Source: Selaginella moellendorffii
Taxonomy: Eukaryota > Plantae > Lycopodiophyta
NCBI RefSeq assembly: GCF_000143415.4
Contig: NW_003314320.1
Coordinates: 246,586 to 310,585 of the forward strand
DNA: 64,000 nucleotides
Direction of reading: 5' to 3'
Shown here: positions 11,945 through 23,049 of the stretch, one piece after another
Position numbering within the stretch: the stretch's first letter is position 1
Layout of the letters: each line of letters begins with the position of its first letter
Notes under the pieces: model-generated
Told to the model about the DNA's origin: nothing
The model's database searches: none
Seen by the model: only the letters and a program-made list of their open reading frames with translations
Program-made: the position numbers and the translations under genes

Positions 11945-14042
11945 ATGAGGGTTTGGATTCAGCATAGCGACCGCCCGGCGTTACAGTTCGAGGTCGGCGC
12001 AGATGGTTTGATCGATGTAGCGGCCGTTTGCAAGCAGTTCCTCCTCGATCCGAATGCAAATCTCCACGTTTCAGGAGTGGCCATCGAGATGATTGCTGCT
12101 AAGGCAAGTAGAACTCTAGATTCTATCTTGGGGGCGGCCACTGAAGGTGGGGATGGCACAACTAAAGACAATGCCTTGATCATAAGGGAGGACCGTTATC
12201 TTTGGTTTCGACACCAGAAACCGGTATTTCTCTTGTTTTCTGAAGTTTTTTGTGCTCATACGTGATGTCCAGGATGGTTCGACCGACACAGTTGGATTAT
12301 TCTCGGACGGTCTTTTTGACTTGCAAGACCTTTGTAGCACATTCGGTCTCGACCCCTCAAGCGCTGTACGTGTTGCTGGCCTTCGTCTAAAGTTTACGGA
12401 CAAAGGAAGGAGTCTACACACTGTCCGGAAGGTTCAAGGTGTTGGAGGCATCGAGGATGGCTCGTCGCGAGATACTGCGTTTACTGTTGAAGGCTCGCCT
12501 GCTACGACTCGTAAGTTATTTCTTTCTTTTTTCTTTTCGTTCTTTTATCATAGGAAACTAAACAACTCCCATGGTTTGCAGCCGGCCTGGCCGTTATTCC
12601 TGACAAATTCAAAGCAGTCTGTAGTGTATCAAACCCGAGCGCCGAAGTTGCCACGCTGGAGGGGATTGAAAGAACTCTGGACAACAAGCTTTTCAAGGAT
12701 ATGAGAGCGGAACGTGGTATGCCGATTGCACTCGGAGCCAGAGCATTCGGAATCTTCATCGATACTTTCAACTCCAAGGCGCCCCTTGAGGCAGGACTTC
12801 TGGCTGCAGCGCGTGACCTTCGTGACCGTATGAAGAAGTTTTATCGGACGGAAGCACTTCGGCGGCAAGAATTCGCGAAGTTCCTCGAATCGTATCTGGA
12901 CGACGACGATAAGTACGTGGTGGTTGCTAACCGGGATGCAGTAAAGTTAAAGATCGGGAAGCGATCTCGGGATGACAGCAGCGTGAGGAGGACTCCTGAT
13001 GTACAGGTGAAAGCCAGGATACTGGGTATACTGGTGGTTCTTCTCACCTGCGAGGTGAAACCGGAGATGGGTTTCAATGGCGAGCCGCTCTTGGAGGCCC
13101 TCTTTTATTATGGCACTGATGCTGCAGAGAGCGTTGTTGTTAGTCGGCACCACTACACAGGCTGTCCAGAGCTGATTGTCGAGCTTGTTGGCCCCAACAT
13201 TCGCGTTGGCGGGGCCATATATCACGACAAGGCCATTTATCAGCCCTTGACCGACTTTCTATCCCTGCTTGATTTCGAGGATGATGCTCACCTGTTCAAG
13301 GTAAGTTTGATACTGGATGGAAGCTTACATTCAGTGCTCGTTTTCGTTGCAGTTGATGCGGTTTCTTCATGCCACTCGACAAGCTTTGAAAGAACTCGTG
13401 AAGGTGTACACTAGCGCTCTTACACTAACTGGAGTGCCTGTTCGAGTAGATACCCTGCACTGGCCGTATGCGCTTCGAGAAAAGTATCCAGATGCTGCTG
13501 CGATCCATCAGATAAAAAACACTCTTGTTTACATGGTTACGACTGGCAGTGGACAGCGAAGGGTGGTGAAGTTTGTCAGGCAGTATGGGGAGGATGCTCA
13601 TGCGCAGTGGGAGCAAGCTGGATATGCACCGCACCATACGATTGAGCAACTCCCAGGCGGTTGGAAAATGGTGGATATGGACTGCCTCACGGCAGCGTAT
13701 GGCTGGCGATCGGTGTTGGAGCTCCGTGGCATGGAGGAGACGACGTCTGATACTTGGAAGACCATGCAGGATGCAGTTTGGCGGGCACTACTGCAGCTAC
13801 AAGCTTTGCAACCTACGATGGTGCATGGTGATCTGAGGTTAAACAACATCATGTACAACGTCCAAACGGGGCAGCCTTGTTTCCTCGATTTCGATTGGGC
13901 AGGACAGGATGAGATGGTTCACTACCCACTGAACTTGAGCTCTAAGATTGCCTGGCCAGCTGGAGCGACGCCCATGAGCAACATCAAGGCGATCCACGAC
14001 CGTGAACTCCTTCAAAAGGAGCTTGAAATGATCTCGACATGA
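11945..14042 (+). CDS. Gene B, copy 1: Crinkler-type effector-like protein with 2x N-terminal header domain, PD-(D/E)xK REase and CR-type kinase (~641 aa)
   Basis: Exons 11945-12223, 12273-12510, 12582-13300 and 13353-14042; all introns are GT-AG and phase-consistent. Nuclease: RTPDVQV...LLTCEVKPEMGFNGEPLLEALFYY...CPELIVELVGPNIRVGGAIY...QPLTDFLSL. Kinase: VVKFVRQYGEDAH...YAP...PGGWKMVDMD...VHGDLRLNNIM...FLDFDWAG...YPLNLS...WPAG...HDRELL. Confidence 0.85.
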
Positions 14043-15399
14043 AGCATGTAAGGGGTGCGGATATTGGGACCACCAGGACGTCCCCTAGCAAGGATACCAA
14101 ATTGTCTTGTCAGAAGCAATTAAGTTCTAAGTAATGGAATAATTTGCTGTGTTTAAGTAATATTTCCCAAGTTGTTAGATATTTAAATTTGCTATGCTTT
14201 TAGTAAGTATTTTGTGTAGTTGTATCAAAGCAATTGCACCCATGTATCTTGCTATTAGAAATTTAAAGCTCTAGATCCTGTCAAGACAGGTTCTAAAGCT
14301 GTTATGACATGATTTTTAATTAAACTTCCTATTCAATAACAACAAGTTGAATAACATTATAGTGGCATTAGGTGTTATTGGCCTTGAGGGACGAGCATAT
14401 ACTTTTATTTTGCACTGGTAAACAACCAAGATCTAAAGTCCATAAGGTCACTTCAACATTAAGCCATGTTAATTTGACATATAGATTTTAGATTTATAAC
14501 TAATACTAAAAGTTTGAGTATAAATCCCTTTTCAAGAACTATTATTCTTTTTATAATTTCTTCTTGTGTAGCCATTTAATCTTTCAATATGCAAGGGCCA
14601 CAACATAAAAGGCTGTCCATAGAAATGCTATAGAAGACTGCTAGTGACAATTATTACTTATGGCTTAACATAAAGGTAAACTTAAGGTAAGGAGGTTTTA
14701 ATTTAGAAATTTAAACAACAGTTTATATTATTAAACCTTGATTTTAACAGCAAAGCATCTACAATATGAATAGAGGTACATTGATGTTAAACTCTTACCA
14801 TCTAATATATAGAGCCAAATCAAAGTATTTAATATATATAATGTTTCTTTCCTCAGCTTTATCCTGTTACATATACAATAATTTTAGCAAGGGACAATTT
14901 AGAAAAATCCTCTCTCTTTCTTGTTTGGATTAGTGTTGCATGAGTCTAGTGTCCAGAGGCTTTGATCACGATTTGCTTTCTCATTTTTCGAGTTAGTTTT
15001 GATTCTTTGACTCCATATGAGTGATAACAAAAAGTTCTGTACCTAGCTTCCCATTGATTTAGTTTGCAAATATGATGTTTTCTTTGGATGGTATGCAGCT
15101 CTTTGTGACTATGTGAGTGTGAATGAGAATATCAGACGAGACAAAGAGAAATGAAAAGTGGCTGGCTTACTAATATTAATTAAAAACTAGTAGTAAACAT
15201 TTAAATATTTAGGATTTTATAAATGAGTAACTCACTTTAGAATTACACTAACAAACTAATCCTTACATTGAAGATGCCTTCCTCTTCACAGTGAGGAAGG
15301 GAGGGAAGGGAGGGCGGGGCATGATGATAGCTGTGGGGATCCATGCCTATTGTTGTCTGGTAGATAGCATACTTGATGGCTCCCACTGTTCTTGCTAGC

Positions 15400-16740
15400 A
15401 GCCATTGCTCAAAAGCCTATGCCATCCACCAGCTATAATCGTCTATTGGACTCTTGAGCACCTCGAGATCAAGGCCAAGCTTTGCTGTCCATTTCTTGAG
15501 CTCAGATCACCAACCTCCATTTCGCTCGTATACACAGGCTGATGGAGTCATCGATAGCTTAAATCAAGAGCTTTCGTTTGCAGCTGCCGCTGGGTCTTCA
15601 CTTAATTGATCATCCGTTTCCACACAAGGAGCTCCAAGGGCCATAATTCAGACTCGAACAGATGATAGGATATGACACATCTCCTGTATGAAGCTCCATG
15701 CGGATAAAGTGGTATTGGAGCTCCTCCACTTGATCCCAGAGAGCATCCATCATTCCTAGACAAGATGACCGTGGAGAGTTCAGCTATGAAAAGTTGTCGC
15801 TTGGCACTTCAGTGGGTGACAAGTGCATTGGAACAATCTGAGTGGAATGCAAAGTATGCACCACGTGCCGCCGTAATGCAATCTATGATCCCCACCTTTC
15901 GTGGATTGTTCTTGTGGATAATATATCTGAGGTACTTGTAATGGTCTACTTTCTGAAGTGCAATCCCATGGTAGGAGCATACCCTGGCCCAACACCATTG
16001 ACTTCCATGCATGTGGCCTCTCACAGAATTCGCTGAGTGCATTGAGGTAAGCTGCATTTGGCGAGCTGAGGAGCCGAACAGAGTATATCATTTACGTAAA
16101 GCAGTGCATATAAATACATTCCCGAGAGTTGGTATGGCGTGAGTGTTTTGCCCTGTATCATGGACTCTAGTGCGTCAATGTAGACTGCGAAGAGTCAGCC
16201 GTATGCTTTTCTTTAACGTCCGTTGCCAAAAGACGATTACGGCTACGCATGAAGTGGCGGTTTCTAGCACAAGCATAGCAGCGGCGCAAATGCAAGACAG
16301 TCTCAGGCATTGCAAAGTCCCCTCTCGCCATGGCGTTGCTTGCTACTACAAACCCACATGGGCCTTATGGATGGTAATCTGCTCACTTAGGAGAGATTTC
16401 AATGCCAGGATAGCCCGCCCAAGTGGAATGTGTCCTTTCTCCACCAGATGCCCAGTGCCGTGAGTTATGTGCTTAACAGCTCAGGCAGCAAACTGAGATC
16501 CAAAAGCTAGAGGTTACACATGTGAGACCTGGGCCTTGCAAGATGGGGGCCTGAGCATTGTATATTACTTGCTGCTGCGGCGTGCTAAAATCAACTGAGT
16601 CCCCAAGTCAAACCATGTGCAAATTCCCTCCACTGCACAGCGCTGAGTTCACAGGTCCCTGCTACAGCACCTTTAGCTGGGATAAGAGTGTTGTTGACAC
16701 TTTCAGAGGGAAATTGCGTCTATCTTTGCATTCAGGTGGA
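15400..16740 (-). mobile_element. Decayed non-LTR retrotransposon reverse-transcriptase fragment (different family from the 8.3-11.2 kb relic); boundaries approximate
   Basis: Minus-strand frameshifted remnants: LFAVYIDALESMIQG (~16150-16195), LSGMYLYALLYVND (a decayed LLYADD, ~16090-16125), LNALSEFCE, and LQKVDHYKYLRYII...AARGAYFAF (YKYLG thumb region, ~15850-15960). Confidence 0.75.
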
Positions 16741-16933
16741 GGCTAAACCCTAATAGTAATAATTAGGTATTATTATTATATGCGATGGTTGTAGCGGAGA
16801 TGATAAGCATAAAAGAAATACGCTTATCAAAAAGTATATTCTCATTCAAGCAAGATTCCAGAATCTTGATTTGTTTCTTAAATTTACATTTGAAACATTA
16901 CATTTGAACGTTACTAGGGTTCTCACACATATC

Positions 16934-17407
16934 ATGGGGATCCCGGCGCGAGGGGATGGCGGCGAGCAGCGGAGGTATTTCAGAGAAACGCCGGATGTGA
17001 GCGTCACGCCGGTGGATTTCCTGTGCTCCACGAAGGAGAGCGATCTCTTCCTGGCGTGGAATGTGACCAAGATCCAGGGATGGTGGAAATCTAGGGCCTG
17101 CGCTAGAGAATTCGCTGCCATGGTTTCTCCTTTCTCCGCTCTCTTGAGATTTCCTTCGTTTCCCTTTTGGTATTTCAGCTTTTTCTCTCTTTTTTATTTT
17201 GTTTTGTTTTGGCAGAAAGAAGCTGCGCGTTTGCTGCAAGCGGCCTGGAGGAAGCACCGAAATGCCAGGAGAATACGAAGAAAACGGGGCCGATCTAGAA
17301 ATTCACTGCACGCTGCTGCATGGACGATCCAACGCATGACCGATTGTGTGGATTGGTTGCTCTCGTGGATGCTGTCAACCAAGGGAGCACTGTTCGCTCG
17401 GCCATAG
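16934..17407 (+). pseudogene. 5' fragment of the IQ-motif MFI/C11orf65-like gene, truncated at the duplication junction and reading out of frame into RLT sequence
   Basis: Near-identical to 31675-32078 up to ...AAWTIQR (17335). It then reads the filler plus RLT DNA in the wrong frame (MTDCVDWLLSW...RP*), with TAG at 17405-17407. Confidence 0.8.
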
Positions 17408-20030
17408 AGGTGAGTTTTTCTTTGTTTTCATCACTCAAAGTTTGCATATAAACTTTGCATTCCAGGAGCGATACGAGGCTGCGTCGGCTCTCAAGAGACA
17501 GCTCTGGGAGGAAGTCCAGATCGATAAGCGTCGGCTAAAAGAAGAATGCAGCAAAGCCGAGGCTGCAAAGGTCGACGAGACGAATCTACAACAACAGCAA
17601 GTGGATGAGAAACCACTGCTGCAAGCTCTGGAGAATGGATCACAGGAGGCTCAGGAGCAGCAGCTGGATGGAGATGAAGATGGCAGCTCCAATCCTGCGC
17701 AAGCCTTGAGCGAAGATCCAAACGAGAGGCAGCAAAAGTGTGCTTCGCAGCACTCGGACAGGTCCCGGGCCGATATGAAAGCCGATATCAGGTTGCGGGC
17801 GGAGAAACTCTACGTTATTCGGTCGCTTCCTCTAGGTTTGGACCGGAGGCACATCCGGTACTGGCAGTTCGTCACTAGTAGTAGCGGACACGACCCTGGG
17901 TGTAGAAGGATCTACTTTGAATCGCATGAAGATGGCCACTGGGAAGTCATCGACACCGAAGAGGTGAGTGTAGTATCCTTCATCTTATTGAGTTGCATGG
18001 CTTTAGAGAAATGTTTGTTCTCCCAGTTTTCATGGATGGTTTTCGTTTCTTACGTGCAAGAGTTTTCTTTTCTCTTCTCTTATTGGTCACTCACTAAACA
18101 AAGTTTGTGTCCATTCCGGCAGGCTTTGAACGCGCTGATGAACTTTCTGGACATAAGAGGCACGAGAGAAGCAAATCTCTTCGTAGCTCTCAAGGAGCTT
18201 GAAGGCTCGCTAAGGCAAGCCATGAGCAGCTCTAGCACCAAGCAGAACCAAGACCACCACCAAAGTCACCACACCGGAAATGGAAATGGAGCTGGAGTTC
18301 AAGCTGGAGCTGCGAGTGGAAATGGAAATGGAAACGACTCTTGCGAGGGGAGTCCATCTTCCAGCGCCGTGGTTGGAAATGGCGGCAAAGACTCGACGAG
18401 CTCCGACGCTCGGGTAGGATCGCTCAAAGTCGAGCTCGGAAGATCAGCGTCGGAGAACTCCGGCGCCATGGAACGATACAAAGACATGGAAAGGTGGCTG
18501 TGGAGGCACTGCAGCGTCAAGGCGCTGCAAAGAGGTGGCGAGAAGCGACGAGAGAGCGAGAGCGATGGGATGATCGCCGAGTGTGAGTCGTGCCATGACT
18601 TGCGCTGGGCCGTCGACAAGCACTGCCCGTTTTGCCACTCCACCGGCGAGGAAGATGTCTGGAGTGATTTCTCGCAGCACGTCCGCGACTGCGAGCAAAA
18701 GATGATCAGCAGGGATCCCGCCTGGAGAATCCAAGGTGGTGTTCTTCCTCCGCGAATACAGTTGCTCAAGAAACTGCTGTTTCTAGTCGAGGTAACTTTC
18801 GTTTCTTCTATTGCATTGTCTTGAAACGCTTCCTTCTTCCCTAGATTTGTATTCCTTGCGAGGCACTTAAGCCTGCATGGTCGACAAATTCTTACAGAAA
18901 GGCGTGGTGTCAAATGCTCAAGGTTGCTTCTTCGGCAGGAGAAATTCTCCAGGTAGAGTTAAAAGTTTTGGAGCTTGGTGCTATCTTTCTTTATCTCTTT
19001 TTCTTGTTTTCTTTGCAGGCATTCATGGATCTGGAGGGAGCAATCGACGAGGACTGGATCTCTTCCTCGTACGAGTCGATCGAGCAAGTTGGCAGACTCA
19101 TCGGCATTCAGAGAAAAAATCCCCCCTGGATCCCGCAGACCTCCGCTGCTGTTGCTCTTCGACTGATGGTCTTTGACTCTTCGATCGCCTACACCGAAGA
19201 ACAAAAGCAGCAGCTCATGGACAGGCAACGAAGAGTAAGCCATCCATCCATTTCGCGTGTTCTTTTGCTTACTTTTTCCTGAGTTTTTACTTTCGTTCGT
19301 GTTTTTAAGTTGAGAATCGGTCCTTACGCTTCTCTCCTTCCAGGTTCCAATGAGAAGATCGAAAGGAGAGGCCCGCGAAGTTTTATACGAGGCTGGTAGT
19401 ACTAGGCCGGCAGAAGGAGAGGAAGACAAAGAGACCAAGGAGGCAGAGTTTAATTCCCAAGAGGAGGAGCTACCACCACAGTTTTACGAGAGGAGTGGTG
19501 GTGACTTTGGAGCTCATCCATCTTGGAGCGCTCGGCAAGAGAGCGCCGCCGTTCTACTGGAAGAGGAAGAAGAAGATGATGAAGACGAAGACAAGAGGCT
19601 GGCAATGAAAGCTAGTGGCGAGAGTGACGATAGCTCGCAGATGAACTGGGAAGGCCAGGATTCTTTCGAGGAGCTCGAGCAGCCAGGCCATGGAAGCCTC
19701 CATCATCTGGAAGAGCTGGAGATGGAGGAGGAAGAGGATGGATTGATGTTGGAAGAGGAGGAGGAGCTGAGTGACGAGGAAGAGGAGAGCGAGGAGGAAG
19801 AGTTCCAGCAGGAAGCGTCGAGCAGTGATACGGACGAAGAGCAAAACAAGCACGACAACTTGGTGGTGGCCAAGAACTTGATCAACATCAATGCGAGCTT
19901 GGAAGAAAGCGGTGATGATCTTCATACTGCTGCTGCTGCTAGCAAGATCAATGGGGGTTCCAGCGAGAGAGTTGTAAACTGCGGCTTGACAAGCGAGTTA
20001 GAGTTTGAGCGGGGGACGTATGAGGAGTGA
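17345..20030 (+). pseudogene. Duplicated 3' half of the RLT gene (lacks DDT/HARE exons; probable pseudogene)
   Basis: Near-identical to 2490-5174. It starts mid-WHIM1, is not in frame with the upstream MFI-like exons, and carries missense changes including RRHNRYW>RRHIRYW. Confidence 0.8.
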
Positions 20031-20411
20031 GTGGAAGTTTTACTTTCTCCCATACAGCGAAGGTGTCTCTCTTCTCGTCGTACAGTTTGATTTGTGAATT
20101 CAACCCTGACTTTTGTATGTAATTTCTTCTAGGAAAAAAGGTTTCTTTATTCTATGAATTTATTGATTGCTTTGAGATGTCCTAGATTAAACATTTGACA
20201 GAAGGCAGAAGAGACTCGTTCTTCATTTTCTTGATACTTAAAAAAGTGATGTGTGGGATTATGATTGAACGCTTTTAAGTCAGAATCTGTGCTACATACC
20301 TGATTAAGGTTAGGAAGAATTATAATCCATGTTTGAATTAAATCCAGAATATTCTTATTCTAGAGTCTTAGAACCCTAAACGTCCAAACCCTAAAGTTGA
20401 GGGTGGCATCG

Positions 20412-22067
20412 ATGGATGCATCGGAACTGGAGAGTGACGCAGCGGCATCGGAACTCGAGAGTGATGCAGCGGCTGAGTTGATGCTTTTGGAAGAGGAGCC
20501 ATTCGTGAGAGGTAGTGTCAAAGCTTACCTTGCTCAGCCTATGAGGGCTGTGCCTGCTGGGGTTGACGCATATCATCGTTTCCTGTTGTCGACATCACCT
20601 CCTCTGGTGGATCTCTGCCCGCAGGACTTCGAGACGGACTGCTGGGATAGCTTCCTCTGTGATATGAATTCTTGGTTCTCTGGGCTTCCAGACAGGCCTC
20701 TGAGATCAAAGCCAGAAGTGCTGATCGATCTTCATTTCAGAGGTTTCCTTTTCTCAGCGGCTGACACGGTGCTGCAACTCGTAAAGGGACCCAAGGATGT
20801 GTGTGCTGGCATGGCGAGCTATGCCATTGGGAACTGGATAGGTGCGCCGGAGCTTGTGGTGAGCAGCAAGGGCCATAGCCCGCTTGTTGTTGGTGTCATG
20901 GTGGGGGTCATTGACACGGGAGCAGTTGCGAGGGTCTATGCTTACATGCTGAGCAGTGGTTCTTCGTTTGGGGTCGTCTCATCCTACGCAGAGACGAAGT
21001 TTTGCGCGCGCTTGGACAACCGGTTTCTCTTGTCAGACCCTGTTCCACTTCCGCTTATCGGCATCAGGTTTCTGATTCACATGGCTACTGGACACAGGGT
21101 GCAGCAGAGTACCAGGCCACTACCTTCTCCACGAGGCTTTGCGTCGCGCTTTGCGATGGGTGTCTTTGAGACGTGCTGCCATGTCGCAGGGGTGCATCGC
21201 ATTGCCAAGATGGTCCACGAAGTGGGCAGCTTGGAGGCTCGGGATCTTCAGATTCTAGAGTTTTTGTCCGGGGCCACGGGAAGGATTTCCGCTGTTTACC
21301 GTGCTCTGTACAAGGGCAAAAACGTCGTCGTGAAGATCACGGACTTGACCACAGGTTAAAAGCTTATTTCTACCAGCCCAGAGCTTTCACCAAATTGTGA
21401 TTGGCTTTTGCAGGTGTTACAAGTGTCCAAGACTGCTTGATGAAGTGTGTGAGGGAGGTGGATGCGTACATTCGGCTGCATAAGCTGCAGCGAACTTGTA
21501 TCCCTTGCTTGTTTGAGTATGGGTTCTTGTGCGGCGGGATGTTCTTCTGTGTGGTGATGTCGGATGCTGGCAACTCGGCAGGAGAGGGGTGGTCGCCGGT
21601 CGATCAGGACGAGGTAGAGGCCGTCGTGTCTCGAGCACGAAAGGCTCTTGAGAGCTTTCATGCTCGTGGAGTGGCCATGGGTGACCTTTGCGTCGAGAAC
21701 ATACTTGTTTGGCCACATGACAAGAGAGTCGCCATAGTCGGCTTTGAGGAGTGCCTGGTGGGTCCAGCTTGTTCTAAGGTGGCCATGGGCAACGATATTA
21801 TTGCTCTTCGCGAGTGTGAGCTTGTGTTACAGCAGATGGTGTTACAGGAGATGGCGTCCATGAAAGCGACGCGCTCACGAGACACGAGGGGTACTGCCAC
21901 AGCGGACTGGGAACTCTGGCTTGCAGACGTGGTCGATTCTGCCGAGTCTGGTGTGAATCTAGAGGATACAGAGGAGACAGAGGATACAGAGGATACAGAG
22001 GATACAGATACAGAGGTTTGTTTCAGCTTTACTGCTATTAGGTACTTATTATGTCTTGCAGGAGTAA
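20412..22067 (+). CDS. Gene A, copy 2 (degenerate REase-fold + pseudokinase-like)
   Basis: Same exon structure as 5556-7211 (offset 14856). The only amino-acid difference seen is HRMAK>HRIAK. Confidence 0.72.
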
Positions 22068-23049
22068 GCTGACGAGGTTCTCCAGCTTTGTTCTTTCTGT
22101 GCTTTCTTGTTTTTTTCTTTTCCTTTGCTGTCTTACTTCTAATCCACTCACAAAGATTAGATATTCATGATATTTCCCAGCAGTTTGTAGAAGCTTTCTA
22201 GAGTTGCTAAGTGGTGGAATAGTGCATGGCCAAACTTCACAGTAAGCAAAGGCAGAGGTCCACAACGAACGGGAAGCTCCACAAAGCACCTCCACAAACA
22301 GCTTGCAGGCCGCCCAACATTTGCTTCCTGTCAAAAGTTGGAGAGGAGAGCAAAGTCAGTTGGGACTCAGGCATCAGCAGCGGGAGCTGGCACAGACTTT
22401 GATGGTGAAGCCAAGGCTTCCTCCACCATCTCTATTCCTGTTGCTCATCTTTGCCTAAGAGGGTGTTGTGTGGAGGGTTCTTGTCTTTGAGGTGTTAAAT
22501 TTGATTATAGTGATCACAGGCTTTAGGAAAGCTCGAATTAAGACGGTTCATTGATGAGGATATTTTGAACAGGCCTACGGCCTGGAAGACAGGAGAACAT
22601 CATATTATACATAGTAGAACATACAAGATGTTCACATTCTAGCTGACTGCCAGGACTTCCACCAATGCATGAAAGAACTGATTGCCACCTGTGTTGCCAC
22701 TGCAAAGCATTAGGACGCATTTGTATATTCTAGCCATCTTCTATGTACTGCATGGTGAAGACTGAAAAGGGAACAATGGCTTTCCTCACAACTCATATGT
22801 CTATGGCAAGGCAGCAGGTTTAAACCAACTAGTTTCTGAGAGAAGTAAAAGATTTTTCCTGCAGCTTCTCTCTTTGGATTGCCTTGCCAAGCCTATGTGG
22901 TTTTCCAGAAGCCAAAAAGGGATTAAGTTTGTGATGTTTAGTAGCACAAACTTAAATCTTCTGACTTTATATATTTGGACATGCTAATGACTATGATGAT
23001 GCCTTTTAATAATTGCATTGTCTAAATCAAGGGCCATGTGAGTTAATTA

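Larger units (their letters stand above)
2490..17335 (+). repeat. Tandem segmental duplication, unit 1 (~14.85 kb)
   Basis: 2490 (tgtgtggattggttgctc) matches 17345. The ORF track recurs with offsets of 14855/14856 early, ~14775 mid-unit and ~14740 late. Confidence 0.97.

Noticed and set aside
5556-14042. Fungal or oomycete contamination explaining the Crinkler-like genes
   Set aside because: They are contiguous with plant genes on both sides, share the host's short-intron style and telo-boxes, and are co-duplicated with host gene fragments.
5175-16900. A/B island as an autonomous transposon
   Set aside because: I found no terminal inverted repeats, LTRs, target-site duplication or intact transposase/RT by eye. 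Only decayed LINE fragments are present.
16871-18824. In-frame MFI-RLT fusion protein at the junction
   Set aside because: RLT codons (ctg tgt gga ttg) are read as gat tgt gtg gat after the filler, and that frame stops at 17405-17407.
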